From the NCBI GenBank assembly GCA_020051075.1, contig JAGVJP010000011.1, positions 1 through 64,000 of the forward strand: DNA of 64,000 nucleotides, given 5' to 3'. A model generated the notes under the pieces. It did not search any database and was not told the DNA's origin. It was given only the letters and a program-made list of their open reading frames with translations. The DNA comes from Parachlamydiales bacterium. GTDB lineage: Bacteria > Chlamydiota > Chlamydiia > Chlamydiales > Parachlamydiaceae. Of this stretch, positions 31,255 to 41,810 are shown one piece after another (within the stretch, counting starts at the first letter, position 1; each line of letters starts with the position of its first letter). The position numbers and the translations under genes are program-made.

Positions 31255-32006
31255 AGTTCGAAGCTCTGTCCCTTTTTGACAAAGCCTCTAAATCCATCTG
31301 CTCGAGCATCAGGAAGAGGGAGTGGCTGGTAATGATATAGCCACATCTTATTTTTTATTTCAGGGCTTAATCCTTTCAGTTCAGTATAATGAGCATGAAC
31401 ACCGCTCCTTTCTGAGGAGATTTCACAATCTTGAAAAATAACGTCTACTTCTTGATATAAAGGGAGTAGAACTTCCGGTGTGAATTGTGTATCTGTAGTA
31501 ATCAGGAATGTTTGTTCATCCCCCTTCACAACTAGTCCATAACAAGGCATTAATTTTGAGTCTTTTTTGATATGCACGGTCTGAAAAATTTTAATGTCGT
31601 GCTGCTCCCAGAAGAATTGATGATTTTCTATCTCATGAACGTCAAAAAAGGTTGAAAGCTCAATTTTTTCATCCTGGAAGGGGTTCAAAGAAACAGAAAG
31701 AATCTTCCATAAACACTCCTTCAAAGCGGGATGAAGGTATAAATTGGGCTTAGAAGAAGGAGAGGCAAATTTTTTCCTAAAAGCTAACCATTCTAAACCT
31801 CCACAATGATCTGCATGGAGATGGCTGATATAAACAGAATGAATATCTTTATAGGACAGGTTAAGATCATCTAACGCCAACCGAGCATCTGATCCGCAAT
31901 CGATCAAAAGTTTCTTGTGAGAACCGGTTTCTAAGATCATATTAGAATGGTAATTTCCCTGTCCGACAGTGAATGCAGACCCTGTTCCAATAAAAGTTAG
32001 TTTCAT
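31251..32006 (-). CDS. MBL-fold metallohydrolase (RNase Z / phosphodiesterase-like)
   Basis: GTGSAF, IDCG, SHLHADHCGGLE, TTDTQ, VHAHY, LYHY. Confidence 0.88.
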   Translation of the reverse strand: MKLTFIGTGSAFTVGQGNYHSNMILETGSHKKLLIDCGSDARLALDDLNLSYKDIHSVYISHLHADHCGGLEWLAFRKKFASPSSKPNLYLHPALKECLWKILSVSLNPFQDEKIELSTFFDVHEIENHQFFWEQHDIKIFQTVHIKKDSKLMPCYGLVVKGDEQTFLITTDTQFTPEVLLPLYQEVDVIFQDCEISSERSGVHAHYTELKGLSPEIKNKMWLYHYQPLPLPDARADGFRGFVKKGQSFEL

Positions 32007-32060
32007 ATCATCTCTTTGCTAAGTGAAATAAAGACGCTACTGTAATCAGTTCATGAATAT

Positions 32061-34415
32061 TCAATCAACTGGTTTCACAACAAGATTCCGCACAGCGGTG
32101 CGGCCATAGTTATCCACGACACGCACAACATATGTGCCTGATTTCGCTTGCCAAACCAGCGACCGATCCCGCTCACTGCTGCCAATAAATTCGTCGTTCA
32201 GAAACCAATAGAGCGTCGTCACGTCGGCATCAGCAGTCGCAAAGAACAAAATAGGATTATCCGTGCTATCGTGGCGAACGGTGTAAAATAATCCTTGCTG
32301 CGGCGAGGTAATATGGGGCGGATCGCCACCCATATTGCCAATCAGAGAAAAAGCGGGATCAAAAGGAGGAGGAGTGAGCCTCTGCACACCTGCTTGAGCA
32401 AAAATATTTAATATATCCGACGGCCAAAATTCATAAACAACAAATTGCGTATCTTGATCGAAACAGCATGTTCGATATCCAGTCTTAGGATCCACAGCAA
32501 TTTCACGATGAACATCATCGGTCTTAATAGGCGATTTTCCTGGAATAAACCAGGTGCTGACCGTATGAGGACAACAAGAAGTGGGTATTAAACCAGAAGC
32601 TTCACAAACCTGGACTTTGGTTAAATTCATCTGCGGGGTGGGTTGAATTCTATCGTTCAACCCCGGGGCTTTGGCGTAGTCCAGATGGGCAATTTCAACT
32701 AGATGCCGGTATACAGCTTCAATAATATTAAAAAATAATGGTGCAGCAGCAGTCGTCCCAATAAACGATGGATTACTTTGGCTGTTAAAATTGCCAATCC
32801 AAAGCCCTAGGACATAAGGTCCAAACACTCCCACAGACCATGCGTCTCGATATCCTGATGAAGTCCCTGTTTTCCAGTATACATGCAATTGCTTATTCAA
32901 CGCCTCGTTTACTGCATATGGCCGTGGAGTATCGCACAGCATATCCAACGTCAAGAAACTCGCTTCCGGACTTAATAGGCGCTCACCTTCTATTACAGGT
33001 TGTTCCATAACCGTACGTAAGGGCTTCCAAACCCCTTGATTAGCCAGCATGGCGTATAAGGCGACTAATTCCTCCATGGTCACTTCTGCACTGCCCAACG
33101 CTAAGGATAAGCCATAGGTTTGTTCTGGCTTTAATCGGCTCACATGAGCTTGCTGTATAAGCTGATATAGCGAAGGATTTTTCAACTGTTCTGCTAGATA
33201 AATTGCCGGGATATTCCGGCTTAAGATTAGTGCTTCTTTAGCTTTTATTGGACCAAGGAAATCATTGTCAAAATTTTCCGGATTATAATCACGGAAGCTG
33301 GTCGGAGCATCCTTCAAAACTGTATAAGGATGAATAATACCTTGATCAAGGGCAAGAGCATAAATGAAAGGTTTCAACGTCGAACCTGGAGAACGTTTAG
33401 CTCTTGTGCCATTAATCTGGCCTCCAATCGATGCATCGAAATAATCCCCTGAGCCGATTAACGCTTTCACCTCCATATTGCGGGCATCAACTAACATCGC
33501 AGCAGCGTTGTTGATTCCAATCATTTTTTGCTGCTCGAGATATTGTCGAACCATATTCTCAAGCAATGTCTGCAACTGTAAATTTATCGTCGTCCTGACC
33601 TTTTTCTGATGATGAATTCGTAAAATGCGATCCACAAAATGGGGTGCAAGAAAAGGGAGATTTTTTTTCGTTAATTGCAAGGGAAGCTTTAACAGATTTT
33701 TATTCACATTATCTTCAGGATGATGCTCAACCCAGCGCTGAAAAAGTCTGTGATAGGCTTTATGGAGATCATCTTGAAGAGGAGAAGCTGGCAGACGGCG
33801 TCTGGGATTTTGCGGCACCACACTCAACCTTAGGGCCTCTGCCAGATTCAATTGACTCGCTTGTTTGTTGAAATAAATCGTGCTGGCTGCCCCGATGCCC
33901 TCAATATTGCTGCCGTAGGAGGCAAGATTCAGATAGGCTTCTAGAATCTCATTTTTAGAATAAAACAACTCCAGCTGCAAAGCTTTTAGGATTTGCCAAA
34001 GTTTCCCGCTCATCTCTTTAGAGTGGATGCCATAACGGATCCGCGCCACCTGCATGGTGATCGTCGACGCACCGAACTGACGTGTGTTCAAAACATAGGT
34101 CTGCCAGGCAGCTTTAATCATAGCGATGGGATTTACTCCCGGATGTTGAAAAAAATATTGATCTTCCTGCAATAAAGTCGCCTGGACGATCAAAGGAGAG
34201 ATTTGATCCAAAGGTGTGTGTAAACGATATTTATCATCGGAAGAAAGGGTGATGCGCAATAAATGATGCTGCTCATCAAAAACAGCCTGTGAAAAATCGA
34301 TCCCATCCAATAAAGGAGGCCGCGAAATAAACAACCTGCATACGAAGAAAAGAAAACAAACACCAATAACGCCTAAAACACATGTCACAGCTATTCGAAC
34401 AATACGTTTACACAT
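32061..34415 (-). CDS. pbpC: Penicillin-binding protein 1C
   Basis: GT motifs EDQYFFQHPG and GASTITMQ; TP motifs STLK, SRN, KTGT; downstream of alpha-2-macroglobulin; start approximate. Confidence 0.93.
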   Translation of the reverse strand: MCKRIVRIAVTCVLGVIGVCFLFFVCRLFISRPPLLDGIDFSQAVFDEQHHLLRITLSSDDKYRLHTPLDQISPLIVQATLLQEDQYFFQHPGVNPIAMIKAAWQTYVLNTRQFGASTITMQVARIRYGIHSKEMSGKLWQILKALQLELFYSKNEILEAYLNLASYGSNIEGIGAASTIYFNKQASQLNLAEALRLSVVPQNPRRRLPASPLQDDLHKAYHRLFQRWVEHHPEDNVNKNLLKLPLQLTKKNLPFLAPHFVDRILRIHHQKKVRTTINLQLQTLLENMVRQYLEQQKMIGINNAAAMLVDARNMEVKALIGSGDYFDASIGGQINGTRAKRSPGSTLKPFIYALALDQGIIHPYTVLKDAPTSFRDYNPENFDNDFLGPIKAKEALILSRNIPAIYLAEQLKNPSLYQLIQQAHVSRLKPEQTYGLSLALGSAEVTMEELVALYAMLANQGVWKPLRTVMEQPVIEGERLLSPEASFLTLDMLCDTPRPYAVNEALNKQLHVYWKTGTSSGYRDAWSVGVFGPYVLGLWIGNFNSQSNPSFIGTTAAAPLFFNIIEAVYRHLVEIAHLDYAKAPGLNDRIQPTPQMNLTKVQVCEASGLIPTSCCPHTVSTWFIPGKSPIKTDDVHREIAVDPKTGYRTCCFDQDTQFVVYEFWPSDILNIFAQAGVQRLTPPPFDPAFSLIGNMGGDPPHITSPQQGLFYTVRHDSTDNPILFFATADADVTTLYWFLNDEFIGSSERDRSLVWQAKSGTYVVRVVDNYGRTAVRNLVVKPVD
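32652..32713. repeat. One arm of family P palindrome inside pbpC
   Basis: 62 bp matching 2823-2884 in reverse complement with 3 substitutions. Confidence 0.92.
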
Positions 34416-34438
34416 CACAAACCTTCTCAAAAAACTGG

Positions 34439-34674
34439 AACCTCCACAAATCATGAGGAACAGGATGGGCAAAAGGGACAAAACAGGATAGGCAGGATCG
34501 CAAGCGGCAGGATAGGCAGGATAAAAAAAACAATTTTACAGGATGGGGAAGATGAGAAGGATGGGTATGAATAAAAAATTATATCATTTATCTTATTTAT
34601 CATTATCTTTCCTATCCTGCCTATCCTGCCGCTTGCGATCCTGCCTATCCTGTTTCTCATGATTTGGAGGGGTT
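34439..34674. repeat. Family A element between A2M and pbpC
   Basis: AAACAGGATAGGCAGGATCGCAAGCGGCAGGATAGGCAGGATA at 34481-34523 and its complement at 34613-34655; outer CCTCCA.AAATCATGAG / CTCATGATTTGGAGG. Confidence 0.92.
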
Positions 34675-37600
34675 CTTGTTATGCATATGCCTATCCTGTA
34701 CCACGATGCGCCCTGCAACCCCCTGCGCCTTCATCTGTTGATAGATGGACTGTGCAAAAATGGGCGGCACAGCATAATCCCCTTTATTGACAGCTTGCAA
34801 TCGATAGCTGAACTCAGTTACAGAAGGAGTGAGAGAACAGTAGAAGATGATGCGATCTTCCCGTACATCCACGTAATCACAACCCCTTTGGCTGATGCTA
34901 TTCGGCACGACTTCAAAGCCCCCTGGCAGCAAATCCACAATCGCAATATGGTTAATCGTTTGATCATTTCTTGTCCGTGCTTTGATATGTGCAACGATCT
35001 TATCGCCTTGTTCAGCGCTGTCAATCGGGTTATCTTTGCCATCGCGATATTCCCTGAATACTTCCAAACCATCTTTTACTGATTTCTGAAAGGTATTCTT
35101 ATCAAAACCAGCTTGAGTGACCTGATAGAAAATCCTCTGTTTCTCTGGATTGTGGAAACGAAACTGCTTGCCTTCCGGATCAAAATCAACCTTTTGAAGT
35201 CCGACATTTCCCCCTTCCGTATTGGCATGTGCATACGCTGCTAACGCTCGCACACTATATGCAGCAGACAAGGTGTTTAGTTGATCGCTACCCATCCCTT
35301 GCACCAATGCAACAATGGCATCGCCTTTTATTTTATTCAGATGCTCCGGAAAATGCCTTGCAAGCAATGTCATGTATTGAGCATCGCCGATAAGAGGATT
35401 ATAAAAATCATTGTTTTCAGCAGATGCAGTTTGGTGTAAAGGGTATTTGCCGATTAAACGGTCAGCTTCCTTAGTCCCTTGAAGGAGTTTATATGTTGCA
35501 GCGATATAGGCACCGGTCAAATCTTTATGCCACTTGTTCTGATGATTTTCGATCAGATAAAGTTGGAGGTTGGTTAGATAGTTCGTTGTGACAAAGCCCG
35601 TGCGCGTTAATAAATAGATTGCATAGGCTTGCATTCTAGCTTCTGAGAGGGTGCGTACAGTCTGTCTGGAGAAATTTTCCAAATGTCTAATCCCTTTACT
35701 GAACAGATCGTCAGGGACGAGATAGCCTTCCGATTTAGCTTCTATTAAATAATCTAAAGCACAAATAGAAGCCATCTCACCAGAAGAGGTGTCACCCCTC
35801 CCCGACCAGTAGCTGAATCCCCCGCTCGAGGTCTGTCGCTCTCGCAGGATTTGAATCGTCTGTTTAAATTTCTCTTGGACTTTAGCCGGATCGAGATGAA
35901 AAAAGGGTTGCTTTGCCATTGCTAATTGCGCTAAAGACTTACTAACCAGCTGCTCTGTGCAGTCATAGAGGGAACATTCCAGATAGCCTTTTAATCCATT
36001 TGCTAAAATCAATGGATTGGTCGAAGCAGCAGCTTCAACAATGCGATGCTCTGAATAAAGCTGCAGAGTATTATTAATGGTTGTGCTGGGCGAATCATCA
36101 AAACCACTGATCAAATAGGTTTGATAAGCACTCGAAGGCCTTACACTAACTGTCGAGGTCATTTTGCTCGTTCTTTCTCCTTGCGCTGCTGTAAACGTCA
36201 ACTGAGCATCGCCCAAGGTTTGATTGGCTTTTATCTGAAAAGCCACAATGCGCTCCTCTCCAGGCGGAATGACAAGAGACTCTTCTGCAGCGCCAATGAT
36301 GTCAAATTGTGAAGAGACCGTTAAATTGACTGTTACAGGAGTCCCATCGTCATCATCTTTCAGACTGTTAGAAATGGCTGCTGTTACACGTACAGTATCA
36401 CCAGGAGCGACAAATGTTGGAACGTTAGGATGAAGGACAAAATAATTTTGGACCAATGTATTTTTTTCTGCACGTCCCATCTTCTCAGATGCGACAGCAA
36501 CCGCCATGATACGGAGGCTGCCATTAAAATAATCGGGAACCTGATAGCTGATGGTTTTCGGGCTGGGTTCAGCATCGACAATGCCAGACCAAAAGGCAAC
36601 AGCCTTGTCAGTTTTACGTTTGAAAGGATTATGGCTCATCGCTAATGAACTCGCCCGCTTATCCCCTCCAATGGCTGACAATTCACGCCTGCCGTTATAT
36701 CTGGGTAGGATTAAATCAGCGATTTGCAATGTATGGACTGTCAATGCATGTTTACGAAAAAAATGGGCAAGCGGATCAGGAGTTTGATAACTATCAATCC
36801 TTAGCACGCCTTCGTCAACAGCATATAACACAATTTTAGCAGGTTTGTCTGTGCTGAATTGAATTGGCAATTCCTGCCCAGCTCGGACAAAGTCCGGCAC
36901 ATCTAAATTCACCTGCAGCGTTTGTTTTTTATTGCTGATCGTGAATGGGATGACGGCATAGCTCAACGGATTAATAAAGATTTCATCCGAATCCCAGGCG
37001 CGTACAAAAGCAACATTGACATAACCATTCCCCTGAAAATCGGATGGAAGTGTGATAGTCTGCACTGAAGTGGGTGAATCAGCTTTAAACCACTGAGAAG
37101 CATAGACCCTATCACGTTCTATCGAGATCAAACCAGCGCCTGAATATGGTGCAGTGATCTGCATTTCGATGGTGTCACCTCGCTGATACACCTTTTTATC
37201 CAGTTTGACGGCAAGCTGCACATTTTTTGGGGCAGAGTGATCATTTTCTCCTACCACTGAAAAATGTAATTTACTTAACCAAGCCCCCTGAGCATCTTTC
37301 AACACTAAAACAAAATCTCCTCTTTTGTCTGTGGGCAAAATGAACTCACTTCCGTCTGCGCCGATGTCAAAAGGGTGCTGACTCACCGTTGTTTTCTGCT
37401 TGACAGATTGATATTCATATCTGCCATCAGGCTTCTTGACTAAAGTAGACGCAGTACCAATCGCCATGAGTTCTATTTGCAGATTATTCACCGCGATCCG
37501 CTGCAGTTGAGGATTAACAGCAATATAGTGAACACGTTGCTGTTGCTGCTGCTTCAAATAATTTAAATCACCCTGAGCTTTATAGCCGACGAGGGTTTTC

Positions 37601-40365
37601 ATGTGAGAGACTAGCGCTGAGGTCTCTGCGCTGACAGCACGGCCGTCGTCGGACTCAAACCCTTCAGCAATGAAATCAAGTTGATAGGTGGCTCTTGAAA
37701 AACGTTCTAAATTTAAATGAAATTCTGCAATCCCTTCTTCATTGGTATGACCTTCTGTTAAATCTTCCTTGAAAACATGGCGCAGCTGCGTGGAATCAGA
37801 TAATAGATCAGCAAAACGATACCCCTCAAATTGGGGGAAGTATACGGCCTTCATGCGAGGGGCAATGACAATCTTCCCCTTTACACGATGATCTACAGCG
37901 GTGGACCCAAATAAATTCCACAAACTGATTTTGGCTTTCAGATCGTCTGGAGATAGCCATGCCAGTGCAGCGTCTGTCTGTGCTGCGGGGACAAGATGTG
38001 CCTGCATTTTTAAACGATCAGGGAGAAATTCTTCTACCCGCAGGGAGCTATACCCTAAAAGATGTTCAAGTTTATTGTCTTTTACAACATAAAGTTTGAC
38101 GGTATATTTCCCGATCGATGCCGTTGAAGGAATAGAATAGTCCAAAGAAAAAAAGTGCCCCTGAGGCAATGAGATTTTCTGATTAAATACCGTTGCTCCT
38201 TGCGGATCGGTAATCACTGCCTCTAAAGGCAAACCAGGCGCAAGATCTGCTGCAAAGGAGTTTTTAACAATGGCTCCAATGTGGATGCTATCGCCAGGAC
38301 GGTATATTCCACGGTTAGTAAAGAGATAAGCGGTGAGTTTATTTTCAGAGTTGCTGACGGCGCCGCCGATGTCAAATCGAGAATAATTCAGGCGTCTGTC
38401 GCTGCGATGATAAGGGATAAACGAGATATCATCCCCATTGCGCACGAGATAAACTGTGGGCTCGCGATCCTCCTTGAAATCCTCCATCGAGGGAAAATTC
38501 ACATGTCCTTGCTCATCGGTCTTGGCGCTGATCAGCGGCAAACTGTTTTTACCAAGGACTGCAACCTCAGCGCCTGCCACAGGTATACCCTGAGTAATCG
38601 ACTGTACGAACAGATCATGCGTATCATCGGCGTTGTCTTTGACCAGGAGGTTCATATCGGTAATCAAGATCAGCCTACTACTCTCTACACCTGTAGGAGC
38701 GTTGTTTTTAGTATCCCAACCCTGGGCTTTAACGAGAAACAATCCAAGCGAACTTGGATTATCTGATAAATACTGTTCCAAATCTATTGTAGTATATTGC
38801 AGGTCACAGGGATTTGTCACATTGAAGACGCGAAATTCACTGAAAATTTGGCTGATCCCCTCACGACCAGAGCTGCCATAACGGAATTTGGGATTTTGAA
38901 AATCTCCGTAAGTCTGTGCCATCAGATGATTGACATGAGGGGCTAAGACTTGGCCGATGCTGAACCTCACTTCAGGGACGCCTCGCACTGACACAGTCAT
39001 TTTCTTCTCGCCGCTTAACGCCATCAACGATCCTCGATGGAGGAAATTGATTTCCTTTCCGCAGTCAGGCACCTTCACGACTGCTTCGTGATCTTTCGCT
39101 AGGAGAAATCCTCCAAAACCAGGTAATCCTTTTGCGATTTTAACATACAGATGCCCCGGTACCTTAGCCTGGAATTTAAACCGATGCTTGGTTGGAAAAG
39201 GATACTTTTCAGGTAAAGCCTGAAGCTGCACAGGCGTCGCCGCCTTGAGGACGTCGGCGTTGACTTCTCCGGGCTGACTCCATTGATAATTTCGACGAAG
39301 AGGAAGCAACATCGTTGCAAGATAGTCCTCAGGTAATACATACACCTGCAGGTATTTTAGGATATCATCGTCATTACTGATCCCTGCAGTTGTTTCAAGA
39401 TGCAGGATTTGCTCGGGATTATTTTCGTTGTCGTACTCTATGCCAACACTCAAGTCTTTGACTTGCAGGAAAGTCTCGAAACTAGGAATTAACAGCTTTT
39501 GAGAGAGTGCTGCTTCTGTTTTAGATGTCCCTTTAAGTGCTTGCACACCCTTATCGATGACAAGATTGACAAAACTGGGAACTGGAGGCAGCTCAATGGC
39601 TTCGGATTCAATATAGGCTTTACGGCGATACTCATCGTAGGTAATGGACAACGGATAATGTTGCGCAGTGAGGTCTAAGCGGTCATCTTTGATCACCTGC
39701 ATGACGAGGCGAGTATGGTCTGACAGGCTATCGCGGTCAACATGAAAGTTAAAATCCAATGTCCCCACAATCTTACGCAACTTAGGATCTTGGAGGTCTT
39801 GATACAAGTTTAACTCTTCGACAGTGACTTTCAAAGGCGGGGTTGAAAAGTCATAATAATCGCTCTGCATTTGTACCGCACTGTCAAGAGCAGTTTTGTT
39901 AAACGTAATCCGATATGTTTGCCCTGCAGACCAGCTCTGTTCTGGAATAAAAACCAGGTCTTTATCACTCTTCCAAATCCATCGCCCTGATATTGCAGGG
40001 GAGATTTCTATGCCTGCATTGACTGGCTTACCGACCTGCTCGAGGGGGGCGGCAGCTGTCGTTACCAGATTCATCCTTTCATTCTTAACAAAATCGATCG
40101 ACAGATGATCGTGCCCAAGAGATATCGGATTAATCCGAGCATTGACCAACGAAGGTTTCGGCCGATGCTGATACCAGTCATAGCCAGCTACAGATGCTGT
40201 AAGGACGAGTATTATCCCTATTACTAAACCGATCCCTTTCCGAGGGTAAACCTTGAGGTGTTTCAGCCATGGAGGGCTATTCCAAGAGATACTGCCGAAG
40301 AGTTGATAGAAAAAGGCGCAAAGCCATGACACAAAGCGAACATGGATGGATGGAGGCTGTTCCAT
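34657..40365 (-). CDS. Bacterial alpha-2-macroglobulin
   Basis: 1902 aa; TNRGIYRPGD, EEFLPDR, AVDEGVL, PDYFNGSLRIMAVA, thioester motif CTEQ, DLLPGGFE. Confidence 0.95.
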   Translation of the reverse strand: MEQPPSIHVRFVSWLCAFFYQLFGSISWNSPPWLKHLKVYPRKGIGLVIGIILVLTASVAGYDWYQHRPKPSLVNARINPISLGHDHLSIDFVKNERMNLVTTAAAPLEQVGKPVNAGIEISPAISGRWIWKSDKDLVFIPEQSWSAGQTYRITFNKTALDSAVQMQSDYYDFSTPPLKVTVEELNLYQDLQDPKLRKIVGTLDFNFHVDRDSLSDHTRLVMQVIKDDRLDLTAQHYPLSITYDEYRRKAYIESEAIELPPVPSFVNLVIDKGVQALKGTSKTEAALSQKLLIPSFETFLQVKDLSVGIEYDNENNPEQILHLETTAGISNDDDILKYLQVYVLPEDYLATMLLPLRRNYQWSQPGEVNADVLKAATPVQLQALPEKYPFPTKHRFKFQAKVPGHLYVKIAKGLPGFGGFLLAKDHEAVVKVPDCGKEINFLHRGSLMALSGEKKMTVSVRGVPEVRFSIGQVLAPHVNHLMAQTYGDFQNPKFRYGSSGREGISQIFSEFRVFNVTNPCDLQYTTIDLEQYLSDNPSSLGLFLVKAQGWDTKNNAPTGVESSRLILITDMNLLVKDNADDTHDLFVQSITQGIPVAGAEVAVLGKNSLPLISAKTDEQGHVNFPSMEDFKEDREPTVYLVRNGDDISFIPYHRSDRRLNYSRFDIGGAVSNSENKLTAYLFTNRGIYRPGDSIHIGAIVKNSFAADLAPGLPLEAVITDPQGATVFNQKISLPQGHFFSLDYSIPSTASIGKYTVKLYVVKDNKLEHLLGYSSLRVEEFLPDRLKMQAHLVPAAQTDAALAWLSPDDLKAKISLWNLFGSTAVDHRVKGKIVIAPRMKAVYFPQFEGYRFADLLSDSTQLRHVFKEDLTEGHTNEEGIAEFHLNLERFSRATYQLDFIAEGFESDDGRAVSAETSALVSHMKTLVGYKAQGDLNYLKQQQQQRVHYIAVNPQLQRIAVNNLQIELMAIGTASTLVKKPDGRYEYQSVKQKTTVSQHPFDIGADGSEFILPTDKRGDFVLVLKDAQGAWLSKLHFSVVGENDHSAPKNVQLAVKLDKKVYQRGDTIEMQITAPYSGAGLISIERDRVYASQWFKADSPTSVQTITLPSDFQGNGYVNVAFVRAWDSDEIFINPLSYAVIPFTISNKKQTLQVNLDVPDFVRAGQELPIQFSTDKPAKIVLYAVDEGVLRIDSYQTPDPLAHFFRKHALTVHTLQIADLILPRYNGRRELSAIGGDKRASSLAMSHNPFKRKTDKAVAFWSGIVDAEPSPKTISYQVPDYFNGSLRIMAVAVASEKMGRAEKNTLVQNYFVLHPNVPTFVAPGDTVRVTAAISNSLKDDDDGTPVTVNLTVSSQFDIIGAAEESLVIPPGEERIVAFQIKANQTLGDAQLTFTAAQGERTSKMTSTVSVRPSSAYQTYLISGFDDSPSTTINNTLQLYSEHRIVEAAASTNPLILANGLKGYLECSLYDCTEQLVSKSLAQLAMAKQPFFHLDPAKVQEKFKQTIQILRERQTSSGGFSYWSGRGDTSSGEMASICALDYLIEAKSEGYLVPDDLFSKGIRHLENFSRQTVRTLSEARMQAYAIYLLTRTGFVTTNYLTNLQLYLIENHQNKWHKDLTGAYIAATYKLLQGTKEADRLIGKYPLHQTASAENNDFYNPLIGDAQYMTLLARHFPEHLNKIKGDAIVALVQGMGSDQLNTLSAAYSVRALAAYAHANTEGGNVGLQKVDFDPEGKQFRFHNPEKQRIFYQVTQAGFDKNTFQKSVKDGLEVFREYRDGKDNPIDSAEQGDKIVAHIKARTRNDQTINHIAIVDLLPGGFEVVPNSISQRGCDYVDVREDRIIFYCSLTPSVTEFSYRLQAVNKGDYAVPPIFAQSIYQQMKAQGVAGRIVVQDRHMHNKNPSKS

Positions 40366-40502
40366 ATGGCTTCCTACATTGGATGAGATTGAAAATTGAA
40401 ATCAGGCAAAGGGATTTGGCGCCCATTATAGGAAGAGCTTCCTTATAGATCAATATCTGCTTGACTAAACGCAAAAACATTAAGGAGGTAAGAGAGTCAA
40501 TA

Positions 40503-40588
40503 TCTGAGAATGCGAACACCTGTGAGTGCAGAGTGGTCCTTAGCTTCTATTAAACGCAAAGGCGCAAAGACACGAAGGCGCAAAGAGG
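40503..40588 (+). repeat. Family E/D repeat copy
   Basis: CTGTGAGTGCAG..TAGCTTCTATTAAACGCAAAGGCGCAAAG, homologous to the reverse complement of 3625-3692. Confidence 0.75.
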
Positions 40589-40734
40589 TGAAAAATCGCT
40601 CAGATTTTTGTGAGCCTTAACAGCTTTTTATCCCAACTCTTAAGTGTCGCCCTTTCACCCACGATTCGCGTAAAAAAATCATTGAAGTTTTTAAAAGCTC
40701 TACGATTTTAATGCCAAACTCTAGAAATTGATTC

Positions 40735-41808
40735 TCACACTCTGCTTTTCATCGCTTGCCACCATTGCTTAAAGTCATTGAATAGCGCCTGCCCTTCAAG
40801 GTCTTTGATGCAAGAACCCGTCGGGCAAGTGCGCAACGTGTCGCATCGCTTAACGAAATTCTTCCCGTAGGGACATCCCCCTTGAAACGCTTGATGCGTT
40901 GCTCCAAGAGGTTTATATTTATTCGCAGAAGAAGCCCCAAAGACACTATATGTCGGTGTCGACGTCGTCCCAGCTAGATGCAGCGGAAGAGAATCCATCG
41001 CTAACACGAGGTCCATCCGGCCCATCAGATTCTGCAGGATTGGCAATGTCAATTTCTCCATCACCACACTATTAGAAGGGAATGCGATTCGAAGCTGCTC
41101 CCCAATCTCCTTTTCCATCTGATTTCCCCAGACAAAGACAAAATAAACATCGGACATAGAGGCAATAGAATGGAGGAAGCTATGCAGAGTCTCTTGCGAG
41201 AGCTGCTTATTAGCCCAATTCGATCCAGGGCAGATCATCACCTTCAACCCAGGCTGCTGATGCAGTCTTTCTACAATAGAATGATAATGACTCACTTCTC
41301 CCTCGGTCAATCTAAGCTGTATCCCTTGATCAGCCACATCGGAAAAATCTCCGAGGGCGCTTTGGGCTAAGAAAAGATAGTCTTGCCGGATATTCAACCC
41401 CTGAGGTGGGTTATAGCGTTTGTTCGTTGCAAGAAGGTTTGGCCATTCTGTGACGGTCGATCTGCCAAAACCTACTTTCAAAGAACTCTTCGCATTGGCA
41501 GTCACTAACGCTGACTTGACATTCCCCTGGAGATCTAAGACGAGATCATAATCCCTCTGACGGAGAGATCTTCGAAATGAAATCAGCTCGCGCCACCCCT
41601 TCCCTTTCCAAATCTGTTTGCGCCACTTTTTGGTCTGAATCTCAAACACTTGATTGACCATGGGATGTGCTTTAACCATTTCTGCAAAAGGTTGTTCAAC
41701 CACCCAGTCGATATTGGCTCCAGGATAACGTTCTTTAAGATAGGGAAGAATAGGGAAGGCGTGGATGATATCTCCTAACGAAGAGGTCTTTACGATCAGA
41801 ATATCCAT
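40735..41808 (-). CDS. waaC: LPS heptosyltransferase I (GT9)
   Basis: ILIVKTSSLGDIIH, IDWVVE, DLQGNVKS, DSLPLHLA; ATG at 41808. Confidence 0.85.
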   Translation of the reverse strand: MDILIVKTSSLGDIIHAFPILPYLKERYPGANIDWVVEQPFAEMVKAHPMVNQVFEIQTKKWRKQIWKGKGWRELISFRRSLRQRDYDLVLDLQGNVKSALVTANAKSSLKVGFGRSTVTEWPNLLATNKRYNPPQGLNIRQDYLFLAQSALGDFSDVADQGIQLRLTEGEVSHYHSIVERLHQQPGLKVMICPGSNWANKQLSQETLHSFLHSIASMSDVYFVFVWGNQMEKEIGEQLRIAFPSNSVVMEKLTLPILQNLMGRMDLVLAMDSLPLHLAGTTSTPTYSVFGASSANKYKPLGATHQAFQGGCPYGKNFVKRCDTLRTCPTGSCIKDLEGQALFNDFKQWWQAMKSRV

Positions 41809-41810
41809 CT

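Noticed and set aside
34451..34660. Small ORFs made of repeat arms (also 42830-43033, 59686-59886, 62370-62684, 20994-21242)
   Set aside because: Low-complexity translations of inverted-repeat elements
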